From: Thermodesulfobium acidiphilum
Lineage (GTDB): Bacteria > Thermodesulfobiota > Thermodesulfobiia > Thermodesulfobiales > Thermodesulfobiaceae
DNA: 64,000 nt
Direction of reading: 5' to 3'
Assembly (NCBI RefSeq): GCF_003057965.1
Contig: NZ_CP020921.1
Coordinates: 1,414,916 to 1,478,915, forward strand
In this document: piece after piece, positions 49,063 to 59,184 of the stretch
Layout of the letters: every line of letters starts with the position of its first letter
How positions within the stretch are numbered: position 1 is the first letter of the stretch
Notes under the pieces: generated by a model
Seen by the model: only the letters and a program-made list of their open reading frames with translations
Database searches by the model: none
What the model was told of the DNA's origin: nothing
Translations under genes and position numbers: made by a program

Positions 49063-50350
49063 CTACATCTCCTTTCTCTTTGGTAACCAATACTTCCTTT
49101 ATTCTTCTGCCATCTACTTTCAAAATTTTAAATTCGATGCCTTTAAATATTATTTTCTCGCCTTCCTTTGGTATCTTTCCAAAGAGGGCGAACAATAGGC
49201 CAGCAAGCGTTTCTTCATTGTAACCATCAATAAAATCTTCAAAATCAAAGTCAACTTTAGCCGCAAACTCTCTAAGACTCAGTCTTCCATTCGCAATAAA
49301 GCTATTTTCGTTAAAATCTTTCACGAGCGCTTCCTCATCAAAATCATATTCGTCTCTTATTTCTCCTACTATTTCTTCAACCAGATCTTCTACCGTCAAA
49401 AGTCCTGCTGTACCTCCAAATTCATCCACTACAATAGCCATATACAATCTCTTGGCTTGAAGTTCTCTAAATAGTTCGCTAATATTTTTCCCCTCTGGAA
49501 CAAAGTAGGCTTCTCTAAGGGATGAATCAATAGTTTTAGAATAATCGGTAGATGGACCTAGATTCATAAGAATATCTTTTACATATAAAATGCCTACAAT
49601 ATTATCTATGTCTTTATCATAAACAGGATATCTTGAATGTCCCTCGTTCCTTATAATTTCCAAAGTATCGCTTAAAGTAGTCCCCTTTTTTATACACACC
49701 ATATCAATTCTTGGAACCATAATTTCTCTTACCACTTTATCCTTAAATTCAAAAACCCCACTTATCATTTCTTTTTCTTCCTTTTCTATAACTCCCTCTT
49801 CTTCACTTACGTTTACGAGATATCTCAGTTCACTTTCTGTAATTGACGGTAATCCTTTAATGTTCTTTATACCAAACGGAAATAAGAAAGTCTTTGATAA
49901 AGAAGTAAATAAGAAAACAAAGGGTCTACTTATATAAGTCATAAAATAAAGTGAAGATATAAAAACAAAAAATAATTTATCAGCAAAATAATAGCCAATA
50001 GTTTTTGGAACAATTTCGCCAATTACAATAATAAAAAGTGAAGAAATAATCACAGATAAAGAGGCGGCAACTGCTATAGAACCAATGTTGTTTAAAGAAA
50101 ATAACTCTATCATAAAAGACGTTACCAAAGTAGAAAGAGCAATATTAACAAAACTGCTCAATAACAAAAGAGTTGTTATTACCTCTTGAGGATGTGTCAA
50201 AAGAAAACCTGCTTTTTCATGCCCAGACTCTTTGTCATTGATCCATTGCATAATTTTTATTCTACTAGCCTTAGTAAAAACAGTTTCATTACACGACAAA
50301 AAAGCTGAGCATATAATTAAAAACAAAGTTAAAAGAAGATAAGTTATCAT
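49046..50350 (-). CDS. CNNM/CorC (hemolysin-family) CBS-domain protein
   Basis: GEIVPK, EIMVPR, HSRYPV and VDEFGGTAGLLTVEDLVEEIVGEI. Confidence 0.92.
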   Translation of the reverse strand: MITYLLLTLFLIICSAFLSCNETVFTKASRIKIMQWINDKESGHEKAGFLLTHPQEVITTLLLLSSFVNIALSTLVTSFMIELFSLNNIGSIAVAASLSVIISSLFIIVIGEIVPKTIGYYFADKLFFVFISSLYFMTYISRPFVFLFTSLSKTFLFPFGIKNIKGLPSITESELRYLVNVSEEEGVIEKEEKEMISGVFEFKDKVVREIMVPRIDMVCIKKGTTLSDTLEIIRNEGHSRYPVYDKDIDNIVGILYVKDILMNLGPSTDYSKTIDSSLREAYFVPEGKNISELFRELQAKRLYMAIVVDEFGGTAGLLTVEDLVEEIVGEIRDEYDFDEEALVKDFNENSFIANGRLSLREFAAKVDFDFEDFIDGYNEETLAGLLFALFGKIPKEGEKIIFKGIEFKILKVDGRRIKEVLVTKEKGDVDEVRQ

Positions 50351-50763
50351 GTTAGTTTAAAATCCTTAAAATGATTATTAAAACAACTATTTAACCCAAA
50401 AATATATGGGGCAAAACGATTTAAAATTAGAATCAAAAAAATGATTATAGAAAAAAGACATGCGATAAGAACAAATGAGGCAGACATATCCTTTATCGTT
50501 TTAATCCTGTCATCAAATTCAGGATTTATATAATCCATTATTCTTTCTATGACTGAATTAATCATCTCAGAAACGATAACAATAGAGGACGATAACAAAA
50601 CAATAGTCCATTCAAATGGTTCAAACCTTAATATAAATCCGATGGTTAATAACAAAAAAAATATACCTAACTGAATTTTTAAGTTTCTCTCTTCCTTAAG
50701 AGCTACTAAAAGACCCATTATTGCAAAATAAAAACTTTTATAAATATTGTGAGACCTTTTCAA
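50347..50763 (-). CDS. dgkA: Prokaryotic diacylglycerol/undecaprenol kinase
   Basis: EERNLKI, EMINSVIE and IKDMSA. Confidence 0.88.
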   Translation of the reverse strand: MKRSHNIYKSFYFAIMGLLVALKEERNLKIQLGIFFLLLTIGFILRFEPFEWTIVLLSSSIVIVSEMINSVIERIMDYINPEFDDRIKTIKDMSASFVLIACLFSIIIFLILILNRFAPYIFGLNSCFNNHFKDFKLT

Positions 50764-51187
50764 GACAATCTTTCTCCTTGGATCTCATTTCTTTTTCGCT
50801 AACATCGTTGTCGTGATCAAATCCTAAATTATGTAGGATCCCATGAACAATGAGCCACAACAAATAACTTTCAAAATTTTTTTTGGCAACTTCAGGAATT
50901 ATGTCGCCATAAGAACAGGACAAGAAATCCTCCTTTGCCCTTTCTACAGAAATTACTATATCTCCTAAAACACCTAAATTTATATCTCCTTCAAACGAAA
51001 GAACATCTGTGGGACAATCATTTTTACGAAACTCTTTGTTCAAAGTTCTAATTTCGTCATTGTCCGTAAGTAATAAACTAAGTTCACATTCCCCTACGCC
51101 AAGAAAATTCATAGATTCTTTAATAGCCTTTTTTAATTGTATATAATTCAATTTATACCTTTTCCTTTTAGATAATACTAAACTCAT
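50738..51187 (-). CDS. ybeY: rRNA maturation RNase YbeY
   Basis: PTDVLSF, GDIVIS and HGILHNLGFDH. Confidence 0.93.
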   Translation of the reverse strand: MSLVLSKRKRYKLNYIQLKKAIKESMNFLGVGECELSLLLTDNDEIRTLNKEFRKNDCPTDVLSFEGDINLGVLGDIVISVERAKEDFLSCSYGDIIPEVAKKNFESYLLWLIVHGILHNLGFDHDNDVSEKEMRSKEKDCLEKVSQYL

Positions 51188-51288
51188 AAAAGAATTGCAA
51201 ACCCTAAAATTATATTAAAATTAAAGTACAACATACTATTTTTTAGCGTACAAAACCTCCAACATTCTAAGATTATTTTCTATTAAGA

Positions 51289-53337
51289 TTATTGAGATTT
51301 GCCAGTAAGATTTGCCAGGTCTGGATACTCAATTCTTTGATGAAAAGACCCTACGAACAACCTTATAAAAACTTCTTTTATTTTAAGAAGCTCTTGAAGA
51401 GTAATTGGCGATTCGCTTAGTTGGCCATCTTCAAGTTTATTTTTAAAAATTCTATCAACTAAACTGTCTATTTTTGGTGAAACTGATCCAGATGATGCCC
51501 TTACAGCAGCCTCAACTGCATCTGCCAGCATTACTATAGCAGCTTCTTTAGTTTGAGGGAGAGGCCCAGGATATCTGAAATCTTTCTCTTCGACTTCAGA
51601 AAAACCAGATTGTAAAGCCTTATGATAAAAAAATACAATTAAGCTTGTGCCATGATGTTGAGAAATTATATCCAATATCTTGTCTGGAATACCATATGAC
51701 TTAGCAATTTCTACACCATCTTTTACATGGGAAGTCAAAATAGTAGCAGATAGCCAAGGAGATATTTCCGAATGTAAATTTACACCATTCTTTTGATTTT
51801 CTACAAAGAATTGAGGTCTTTTAAGTTTTCCTACATCATGATAATAAGATGCAACCCTAGCAAGCAAAGGATCTGCGTTAATTTCTTCAGCTGCCGTTTC
51901 AGCAAGATTTGCTACTATTATACTGTGGTGATAGGTCCCGGGAGCCTCCATTTGTAACCTTTTTAATAAGGGATGACTGGGATTTGATAAGTCCATTAGT
52001 TTCAATGGACTAAGAACTCCAACAGTGCTCTCGATATAAGGAAGTGCGCCCATTGCAGCAATCGATGATAGAAATCCGTTTGCAATAGCAAAAGCGAACT
52101 GGCTAAGAGAGTCGAGTACGTTTATACCGCTCCAGATATCCCAAAGTAGAACTGCCAAAAAAAACGTTAATGAAAACAAAAAAGCCGTATCAGACAAATC
52201 CCCTCTTCTTTGTATTCCTTTGCCCAAAAAGGCACCTGCAAAAGCACTAACTACTGCTATATAAAAACCAAGCAAACTAAAATTGCCAAAAAAGAAGACT
52301 AAAATTGCCAGAATAACCGAATAAAGAAGAGATATAGCAGGTGTGAAAATCAAAGATAAAAGTAAAGAAATACTGGCAAGAGGGACAATGATTGGTGAAA
52401 TAGGGAACAAAACAAAAACAAAAAGTATATAAACTGAAGAAAGAGCGCCAAGAACTATCAAGTGTCCTCTATCAAGAGTTATTTTCGGTGAAAAACTGTA
52501 AACAATAAATCTAAAAGCAAATAACATTAGTGCTGAGAAGAAAAATAGACTGACAAAATTTCTAACTCCAGAAAGGTTGTCCATAATTCCCAGTTCTTTT
52601 AACAAATAAGCTTTTTCTGGAGTCAAAATCTCTCCACTTCTAACCAATATTTGCCCTTTTTTGACATCAATTACAACTGGGGTAATTCCTTCAATTGCTT
52701 TTTGTTTAAGCTCATTGGTTAGTTTGTTATCTATGGTTGCATTTATCCTGAAATAACCTAAAATTAAATTCATAAATGCTTGAGAAGTATCTGGATCTAG
52801 CTTCAAAGAACTTATAATATTCGCAACCCGATTGGACAGTACGTCTAGTCTTTCTTCTTTTTGCAAAAGTGCAAAAATCTTGTTAGTATCAGCTTCTAAT
52901 TCTTTTGGATTTGATGAGATTAGAGCCTCTATGTCTCTCTCAGTTAAAAATGGTGCAATATCTTTAAGCTTTGCAACTCTTTGAGATTCAGAAAGATTTT
53001 TTGTAGATTCTAAATTTGAAAGGAAGTAATTAATAGAATCGTGAATAGAACCAAATTTATCATATGTTACAACCAAGACATCGGGTACAGCTCTTTCCCT
53101 TTGAATTTTTAAGTCCTCTGTAGCAACTTTATTTACAATTTGAGCGTCTTTAGGGGAAATCACATCGAAAGGGACCATTTTCCCAACAGCCAAAGTTGGA
53201 TAGACTCCTCTTAAATTATAAAGAAGAGCTGCTAACAAAAAAGCAATTAATAAATAGCTAAAGAGTTCTTCTCCTTTAAAACGCGACCAAAAAGGCTTTA
53301 GCTGCCCCAAAAGAGAGCCAAAGCGGTTAAAGTTCAT
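51289..53337 (-). CDS. 7TM-HD phosphohydrolase (PgpH-like c-di-AMP phosphodiesterase)
   Basis: Extracellular domain, 7 TM, APGTYHHS, YYHDVGK, QHHGT and LADAVEAA. Confidence 0.88.
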   Translation of the reverse strand: MNFNRFGSLLGQLKPFWSRFKGEELFSYLLIAFLLAALLYNLRGVYPTLAVGKMVPFDVISPKDAQIVNKVATEDLKIQRERAVPDVLVVTYDKFGSIHDSINYFLSNLESTKNLSESQRVAKLKDIAPFLTERDIEALISSNPKELEADTNKIFALLQKEERLDVLSNRVANIISSLKLDPDTSQAFMNLILGYFRINATIDNKLTNELKQKAIEGITPVVIDVKKGQILVRSGEILTPEKAYLLKELGIMDNLSGVRNFVSLFFFSALMLFAFRFIVYSFSPKITLDRGHLIVLGALSSVYILFVFVLFPISPIIVPLASISLLLSLIFTPAISLLYSVILAILVFFFGNFSLLGFYIAVVSAFAGAFLGKGIQRRGDLSDTAFLFSLTFFLAVLLWDIWSGINVLDSLSQFAFAIANGFLSSIAAMGALPYIESTVGVLSPLKLMDLSNPSHPLLKRLQMEAPGTYHHSIIVANLAETAAEEINADPLLARVASYYHDVGKLKRPQFFVENQKNGVNLHSEISPWLSATILTSHVKDGVEIAKSYGIPDKILDIISQHHGTSLIVFFYHKALQSGFSEVEEKDFRYPGPLPQTKEAAIVMLADAVEAAVRASSGSVSPKIDSLVDRIFKNKLEDGQLSESPITLQELLKIKEVFIRLFVGSFHQRIEYPDLANLTGKSQ

Positions 53338-53347
53338 TTTAATTTAA

Positions 53348-53527
53348 TTATCTTTTTTTTCTCTTTTTTGCTGCCTCAGCCCTCTTTTTCTTTTTCTTTA
53401 CGCTAGGACTTTCGTAGAATTCTCTCTTTCTAACCTCAGAAAGAATTCCTTCCTGTTGTACCACCTTGTTAAAACGTTTCAGAGCACTGTCTATTGATTC
53501 ATCTTTGTTAATACGAATTTCTGGCAA
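53348..53527 (-). CDS. rpsU: 30S ribosomal protein S21
   Basis: Manual translation from [71 protein letters not shown]. Below the track's size cut-off. Confidence 0.95.
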   Translation of the reverse strand: MPEIRINKDESIDSALKRFNKVVQQEGILSEVRKREFYESPSVKKKKKRAEAAKKRKKR

Positions 53528-53550
53528 AGTTTAACAACCTCCTCAAATTA

Positions 53551-53886
53551 TCATCCCGGTGGCCAATCCATAGGCCTACCGCCTATCACATGAAAATGAA
53601 GATGAAATACGGTCTGACCTCCATCATCTCCAACATTTGTCACCACTCTGTATCCCTTCGTCAGCCCTTCTTTTTGAGCAACCAGATTACAAACATACAA
53701 TAAATGAGAGACCAGATTGAAATCTTCAACATCTCCTAAACTCCTTATATGCTTCTTTGGTATTACAAGAACATGAAAAGGAGCTACCGGATTGATATCC
53801 TTAAAAGCTAAAGAAATATCATCCTCATATATTATCTGAGAATCAAGCTTTTTTTCTGCTATAAGACAAAATACACAGTTTTCCAG
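53551..53886 (-). CDS. HIT-family nucleotide-binding protein (probable CTG start)
   Basis: CVFC, FKDINPVAPFH and HLHFHVIGG; AGGAGG-6nt-CTG at 53886. Confidence 0.9.
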   Translation of the reverse strand: MENCVFCLIAEKKLDSQIIYEDDISLAFKDINPVAPFHVLVIPKKHIRSLGDVEDFNLVSHLLYVCNLVAQKEGLTKGYRVVTNVGDDGGQTVFHLHFHVIGGRPMDWPPG

Positions 53887-53904
53887 ATAAATCCTCCTAA
53901 ATAA

Positions 53905-54076
53905 AGTACTCCCACAGTGCCGTGTACCAAGAGTCTTGAACCCAAGCCTCATACAATAATGGACCTACCTTCCTGCAGTCGTTCGCAAAAAGCGAACATA
54001 ATACACGAAGAGATCGGTCCTCGAACTTCGGTGTTAGCTCAAGATCTCAAGAGCATCACGAACACCGCAGGAACTT
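53905..54076 (-). ncRNA. ssrS: 6S RNA
   Basis: About 170 nt with 5' UCCUGCGGUGUUCGUG pairing to 3' CACGGCACUGUGGGA and the conserved GGGUUCAA near the 3' end; extended -10 (TGTTATACT) just upstream. Confidence 0.8.
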
Positions 54077-54192
54077 ATAAGAGTATAACATAAAATAAGC
54101 TCGGAGTTAATAGAAAAAAAATTCTGCATAAAAAACTTTAAGAAAGTTTACTTAAAATAAGTAAAAATCTAAGTAAGTATTATAATAATAAC

Positions 54193-55191
54193 ATGCAAGT
54201 AAGAGGGAAAACAAAGATTCTTGTCATATTCGGATATCCTGGTATTGGTGATATATTACTAGCCTCACCAGTATTAAGAGCAATATATGGTTATTATAAT
54301 GATGTAGAATTTACTCTTTTCGCAAGAAAAATCCCATCTCTTTCCAGTGTTTTCAACATTATCCCTCATTGTGAAAGGGTTGTTTTCTATGACAAAAATA
54401 GAGAACACAAAAGTAATTTATCCTTCTTTAGGTTATGCGTATCTCTTAGAAAAGAAAAATTTGACCTCGCCGTAGTCTTGCATCATTCTCCAAGAAATTC
54501 TATAGTATCTTTCCTTTCGAACGCAAAAAATAGAATAGGATTTGATTACGGAATAAACAAAATCTTCTTAACTAAACATATAGCACCAAACGAGGACCAA
54601 AATATTATTTACTACTATGCTGATATCTTGAAAACTATAGGAATAAAAGAGTTTGACCCAAAGCCATGGATTATAAAACAAAATGTAAAAAAAGTAAAAA
54701 ATAGAATAGTTTTTTCAATTGGTTCTAGCTGGTATCGCAAAGAATGGCCGCCTGAAAATTTTGCTTTTCTAGCAAATATGCTTTACAAAGCAGGTTATGA
54801 AATAATTTTGGTGGGATCAGAAAAAGATATAGAAAAAGCAAACATTATTAAATCAAATTCAATAGTTACTAATATGGTTAACAAGACAAAAGACCTTCTA
54901 GATCTTTGTAAGATAATAGAGAGTTCAAATCTTTTAATTTGTCCCGATACAGCAAGTCTTCATATTGCTAGAGGACTTGGCACAAAAACTATCAGCCTTT
55001 TTGGGCCAACTTCTCCACTAATATACGGTCCTCTTCCAGAAGAAAAAGCAGATCACAAAACAATATATAGCAACCTTCCATGTTCTAATAAATGCATTGA
55101 CAGAGAATGCTCAGACAACTTATGTATGAAAAGAATTACTCCAGATGAGGTTTATAAAAAAGCAATAAAAGCTCTCTCTTCTAATCAGTAA
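54193..55191 (+). CDS. GT9 LPS heptosyltransferase family
   Basis: GIGDILL, RKEWP, DTASLHIA and LFGPT. Confidence 0.9.
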   Translation: MQVRGKTKILVIFGYPGIGDILLASPVLRAIYGYYNDVEFTLFARKIPSLSSVFNIIPHCERVVFYDKNREHKSNLSFFRLCVSLRKEKFDLAVVLHHSPRNSIVSFLSNAKNRIGFDYGINKIFLTKHIAPNEDQNIIYYYADILKTIGIKEFDPKPWIIKQNVKKVKNRIVFSIGSSWYRKEWPPENFAFLANMLYKAGYEIILVGSEKDIEKANIIKSNSIVTNMVNKTKDLLDLCKIIESSNLLICPDTASLHIARGLGTKTISLFGPTSPLIYGPLPEEKADHKTIYSNLPCSNKCIDRECSDNLCMKRITPDEVYKKAIKALSSNQ

Positions 55192-56329
55192 GCTTTATTG
55201 TCGAGAGAGCCATAAAATAAGCCAATATTTCAAGTTGCATTCTACCATAAAACATATTCCCTGTAAGGCCCTCACCAAGCCAATATCCTGTTATAAAAGT
55301 AAGCAATACTGAAGACAGCGCCCACTGGAACCTGCTTGAAGTTTTAAATATGTTTATAGTCTGTTTATAATACTGATAAAGCAGGACAACAAGACAGGTC
55401 AGGCCAACTAACCCCATATCAGTTAGAACTTGAATAAAGGTATCATGTGCGTGAGCCACTGAGTTTGCAAGAGGATCTTTCGGGTTAAGATATCTATAAT
55501 GATAGGCAAAATGTCCTGCACCCACACCAATTATTGGGCTAAGCGGAAATATCTTAAAGATAGCTACCTTCCAGAACATTATTCTTTCATAATTGGCTGT
55601 ATAAGTAAAGTTTAAAAGATCTAAGAAATTCGTTATACCTACGTTCCTTTTTATAGGTGCAAGCAAACCAAACAATAAAATTGCTACAGCGGCAATTAAA
55701 CCTTTTATCCTGAAAATTAATATTACAAACAAACAAAGTCCTATTACGCTGGATATAAAGCTACCTCTCGCACTTGAGACATACAATACAAAAAATTCAA
55801 AGAAAAAGATAGCAAACCAAAAATAAAAAGATTTTTTTCTAAAGTTATAAACCGCAAGAATAAATGGTGCAAGAAGAGCAAGAGCCTGGTAAGCGCTGTA
55901 AGCTGTGTAATAATGAAAGCTTCCAACGACTTCTTTTCCCTTTAGCCATTGGAAGAAAAACGCATAAATCGTAATAGGTAGAGAAGAACAGGTCATTGCT
56001 ACAAAAGAAAAAATTACATCACTTTTAGATTTTACAATGCAATAAGTAACAAATATTACAATAGCATATTCAAGATAAGTACTAGTCCACCTGAGCCATA
56101 ACTCTTTATCTGCTGCAGCAATACCAGACAATACAGCTGATCCGAACAACAACAAAGCATAAGGCAATATTCCCTTTTTCAAAACAGACAAATTCTCCCT
56201 GGTTAAACAGGTTAGCAATGAAAGCGTTAGAAAAATATAATCAACAGCATTGCTTAAAGGATTAGAAAATAAAAAAAGACAAAAGAATAACAGAGAAATT
56301 TTATGTCTATCAATACTAAATTTTTTCAT
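55181..56329 (-). CDS. O-antigen ligase family protein
   Basis: Multi-TM; SSARG, ERIMFW, GVGAG and HAHD...GLVG. Confidence 0.85.
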   Translation of the reverse strand: MKKFSIDRHKISLLFFCLFLFSNPLSNAVDYIFLTLSLLTCLTRENLSVLKKGILPYALLLFGSAVLSGIAAADKELWLRWTSTYLEYAIVIFVTYCIVKSKSDVIFSFVAMTCSSLPITIYAFFFQWLKGKEVVGSFHYYTAYSAYQALALLAPFILAVYNFRKKSFYFWFAIFFFEFFVLYVSSARGSFISSVIGLCLFVILIFRIKGLIAAVAILLFGLLAPIKRNVGITNFLDLLNFTYTANYERIMFWKVAIFKIFPLSPIIGVGAGHFAYHYRYLNPKDPLANSVAHAHDTFIQVLTDMGLVGLTCLVVLLYQYYKQTINIFKTSSRFQWALSSVLLTFITGYWLGEGLTGNMFYGRMQLEILAYFMALSTIKLTD

Positions 56330-56410
56330 AAATGACTCCCTGATAAAATTTTTTACATTTTAACACCAAAAGCAATAATGCGTCATAAAATTTTCTTTTG
56401 AAAAGTCTGT

Positions 56411-56440
56411 TTTACAAACTTTTTTCACAAAAAATTAACA
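56411..56440 (+). promoter_or_regulatory. Possible Pho box upstream of the EAL-CBS-GGDEF gene
   Basis: TTTACA (56411), TTCACA (56424) and TTAACA (56435); the last two are 11 bp apart. Confidence 0.4.
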
Positions 56441-56469
56441 ATTTTCTTATTTAATATTTTGTATAGGAG

Positions 56470-58269
56470 GTGAATAGTTTGAAAAACTTATTAAAAAAAA
56501 TAATAGAAAATAAAGATTTTACTACATTATTTCAACCTATTTTTTCACTTTCAAACGGTATAGTAGTTGGTTATGAAGCTCTTACAAGAGGCCCAGAGAA
56601 CACTATTTTCTACAATCCAGAAAAACTATTCGAAAGCGCAAAAACTGAAAATTTGCTATGGGAAATGGAGTTATATACAAGGTTAAGTGCCATTGAGAAA
56701 TTTTATAGCTTTAAATCTGATAAAATTTTATTTTTAAACGTAGATCCAGATATAATAAGAGACAAAAAATTTACCAAGGGTACTACAAAACATTTATTTG
56801 AAAATATAATTAATACCTCAAACATAGTATTTGAAATTACAGAAAAAACAGCAATAAAAGACTACGTAGAGTTCAAAGAAATTATCCAAAATTACAAAAC
56901 TCAAGGTTATAAAATTGCAATTGACGACGTTGGTTCGGGACATTCTGGTCTAACTACTATATCAGAAGTAAGACCAAATTATATAAAAATTGACATGTTT
57001 CTAATTAGAGACATTGATAAAAATAACTTCAAAAAATCTATAGTAAAGGCGCTCGTAGAACTTGCTAATGACTTAGATCTAAAACTAATCGCAGAAGGAA
57101 TAGAAACATTAGACGAACTAAAAACTGTAATAGAATTAGGAATCCCTTTAGCACAGGGTTTCCTATTAGGAAGGCCATCAAAGGAACTTTTGGAAATGAA
57201 TTTAACATTAAAAGACTTTATCAAAGAAACAAAATCCTCTTTGGAAATGAGAAAATTCAAATCTGCTTGTGAAATTAATATTGGAAAACTAGCAAGAAGA
57301 GATAATGCAGTTCAATTTTCAACTCTATCAATAGATATAGAAAAAATTTTTTTAAATAATTTCCGATTACATGGCATAGCAGTATTAAATGGTGAAAAGG
57401 TCATAGGGCTAATTACAAAGAGAAATTTTTTCACACAACTTGGCACTCGATTTGGAAGAGAGCTTTATTTAGAAAAACCTATAGAAAAGATTATGGATAT
57501 AGAACCTTTAGTAGTTGACTATTTCACACCAATAAGTGAAGTGATAAAAAGAATAGCAAATAGAGAAGAACATAAATTATATGATTATGTAATAGTTGAA
57601 AGGGATGAAAAGTATTTTGGAGTAGTTCCAATAATAAATCTTCTAGAAAAATCTATGGAATTAGAATTAAATATAGCCAAGTACTCAAATCCGCTAACAG
57701 GGTTACCTGGAAATTTAATAATTGAAGAAAAAATTAGAGAGTCTATAAATAATAAAATACCGTTTTCGTTAATTTATTTCGATCTAAATAATTTCAAATC
57801 TTTCAATGATTACTACGGCTTTGAAAGAGGTGATAGAGTCATAAAATATATTGCAAATATACTTGAGAGGCACATGGATTTTTATAAAGATTCGTTTTTA
57901 GGGCACGTAGGTGGAGATGATTTCATAGCCATAGTAAAATCCTATGAAATAGAAAAATTATGCTATAACATAATTGAAGAATTTGATTTTAATATTAAAA
58001 GATTTTATAACGAAGAAGATATAAAACAGGGCTACATAACATCAATAGATAGAGATGGCACAAAAAAACATTTCCCAATTATAAGCATTTCAATATCATC
58101 TGTAAACAATAGAAATTTTTTAAACTATGAAAAAGTGATAGAAAGAATTTCAGAAATAAAAAAGCTATGCAAAGAATTGTGCAAAAAGTTTAAGAAAAGT
58201 TACTTTTTAATGGAAGAAGAAGTTCTTGCGAAAGAGAAAAATGAAAAGACACTTGCAAACAATTTTTAA
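56470..58269 (+). CDS. EAL-CBS-GGDEF c-di-GMP metabolism protein
   Basis: YEALTR, AIDDVGSG, AEGIE, a CBS pair, NPLTGLPGN and HVGGDDF. Confidence 0.92.
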   Translation: MNSLKNLLKKIIENKDFTTLFQPIFSLSNGIVVGYEALTRGPENTIFYNPEKLFESAKTENLLWEMELYTRLSAIEKFYSFKSDKILFLNVDPDIIRDKKFTKGTTKHLFENIINTSNIVFEITEKTAIKDYVEFKEIIQNYKTQGYKIAIDDVGSGHSGLTTISEVRPNYIKIDMFLIRDIDKNNFKKSIVKALVELANDLDLKLIAEGIETLDELKTVIELGIPLAQGFLLGRPSKELLEMNLTLKDFIKETKSSLEMRKFKSACEINIGKLARRDNAVQFSTLSIDIEKIFLNNFRLHGIAVLNGEKVIGLITKRNFFTQLGTRFGRELYLEKPIEKIMDIEPLVVDYFTPISEVIKRIANREEHKLYDYVIVERDEKYFGVVPIINLLEKSMELELNIAKYSNPLTGLPGNLIIEEKIRESINNKIPFSLIYFDLNNFKSFNDYYGFERGDRVIKYIANILERHMDFYKDSFLGHVGGDDFIAIVKSYEIEKLCYNIIEEFDFNIKRFYNEEDIKQGYITSIDRDGTKKHFPIISISISSVNNRNFLNYEKVIERISEIKKLCKELCKKFKKSYFLMEEEVLAKEKNEKTLANNF

Positions 58270-58281
58270 ATGTGATAATAT
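58253..58281 (+). promoter_or_regulatory. Sigma70-type promoter of tRNA-Asp
   Basis: TTGCAA, 17 bp, TAATAT. Confidence 0.45.
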
Positions 58282-58296
58282 ACTCATCAATTCAAA

Positions 58297-58373
58297 GGGG
58301 TGGTGGTGTAGAGGCCTAACACACCTGCCTGTCACGCAGGAGATCGCGAGTTCGAATCTCGTCCACCCCGCCA
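58297..58373 (+). tRNA. tRNA-Asp(GTC)
   Basis: GGGGTGG/CCACCCC acceptor stem, anticodon arm CCTGC-CTGTCAC-GCAGG, TTCGAAT T-loop, encoded CCA. Confidence 0.97.
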
Positions 58374-58479
58374 ATAAATCGTTATCTTCTTTTGGAAATA
58401 GGAAAATTTCTTGTTCGTTTTTAATTTTCTTCTAATTTTTAGGTTTATAATAAGTTAGTTAACGCATTCAAAAGAGGTT

Positions 58480-59184
58480 GTGGTGGAGAAAAAATTATTT
58501 ATCTTAATATTATTCCTTTTTGTGAATATAGCTTTCAATACTTATTCCTTTGCCATTACTCTTAAACCGGGGGACATTTCGGATGACGTTCAAAACATAA
58601 AAGAAAAACTCTATGACTTGGGTTATAACGTTACAGTTAACAAGATTTACGATGAAAAAACCGAAAGAGCTGTAAAACTTTACCAGAAGGAAGCAAAATT
58701 GCCAATTACTGGCATAGTTGACGACATAACATATCAGTGTCTTACAATTGGCAGAATGGCTGTAATAGAAAAGTATAAGACTTTTGATCTCGCATCATTA
58801 GCTAGACAAATGGACTTCAATTCAAACCCTATTATAAGAACTGCAATAAGATTTATGGGAATATCCTATAGATGGGGTGGGGAACTTCCATCCACCGGAT
58901 TTGATTGCTCAGGATTCGTTCAATATGTATTTAGACTAAATGGTATAAATCTTCCCAGAACAGCTGATTTGCAATATGATGCAGGAAGACCAATTTCGAT
59001 ATCAGAGCTTAGGCCAGGAGATTTAGTATTCTTTACTACTTACCTTCCTGGAGCATCTCATGACGGCATTTATATCGGAAATGGAAAGTTTATAGCAGCA
59101 AATACAAGTACAGGCGTAAGCATCTGTTCTCTTGACGATCCGTACTGGAAAAGCAGATATTACGGAGCAGTTAGAATTCAATAA
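58480..59184 (+). CDS. Peptidoglycan-binding NlpC/P60 endopeptidase
   Basis: Signal peptide, PG-binding domain, YRWGG...FDCSG and PGDLVFF...HDGIYIG. Confidence 0.92.
   Translation: MVEKKLFILILFLFVNIAFNTYSFAITLKPGDISDDVQNIKEKLYDLGYNVTVNKIYDEKTERAVKLYQKEAKLPITGIVDDITYQCLTIGRMAVIEKYKTFDLASLARQMDFNSNPIIRTAIRFMGISYRWGGELPSTGFDCSGFVQYVFRLNGINLPRTADLQYDAGRPISISELRPGDLVFFTTYLPGASHDGIYIGNGKFIAANTSTGVSICSLDDPYWKSRYYGAVRIQ

Noticed and set aside
53887-53952. N-terminal extension of HIT in the ORF track
   Set aside because: It overlaps the 6S RNA 3' end, and the SD position supports CTG at 53886.
58226-58435. 69-aa ORF
   Set aside because: It spans tRNA-Asp and is spurious.
58297-58480. tRNA-anchored integrated element
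   Set aside because: No integrase, and I saw no duplicated tRNA 3' end; the flanking genes are ordinary.
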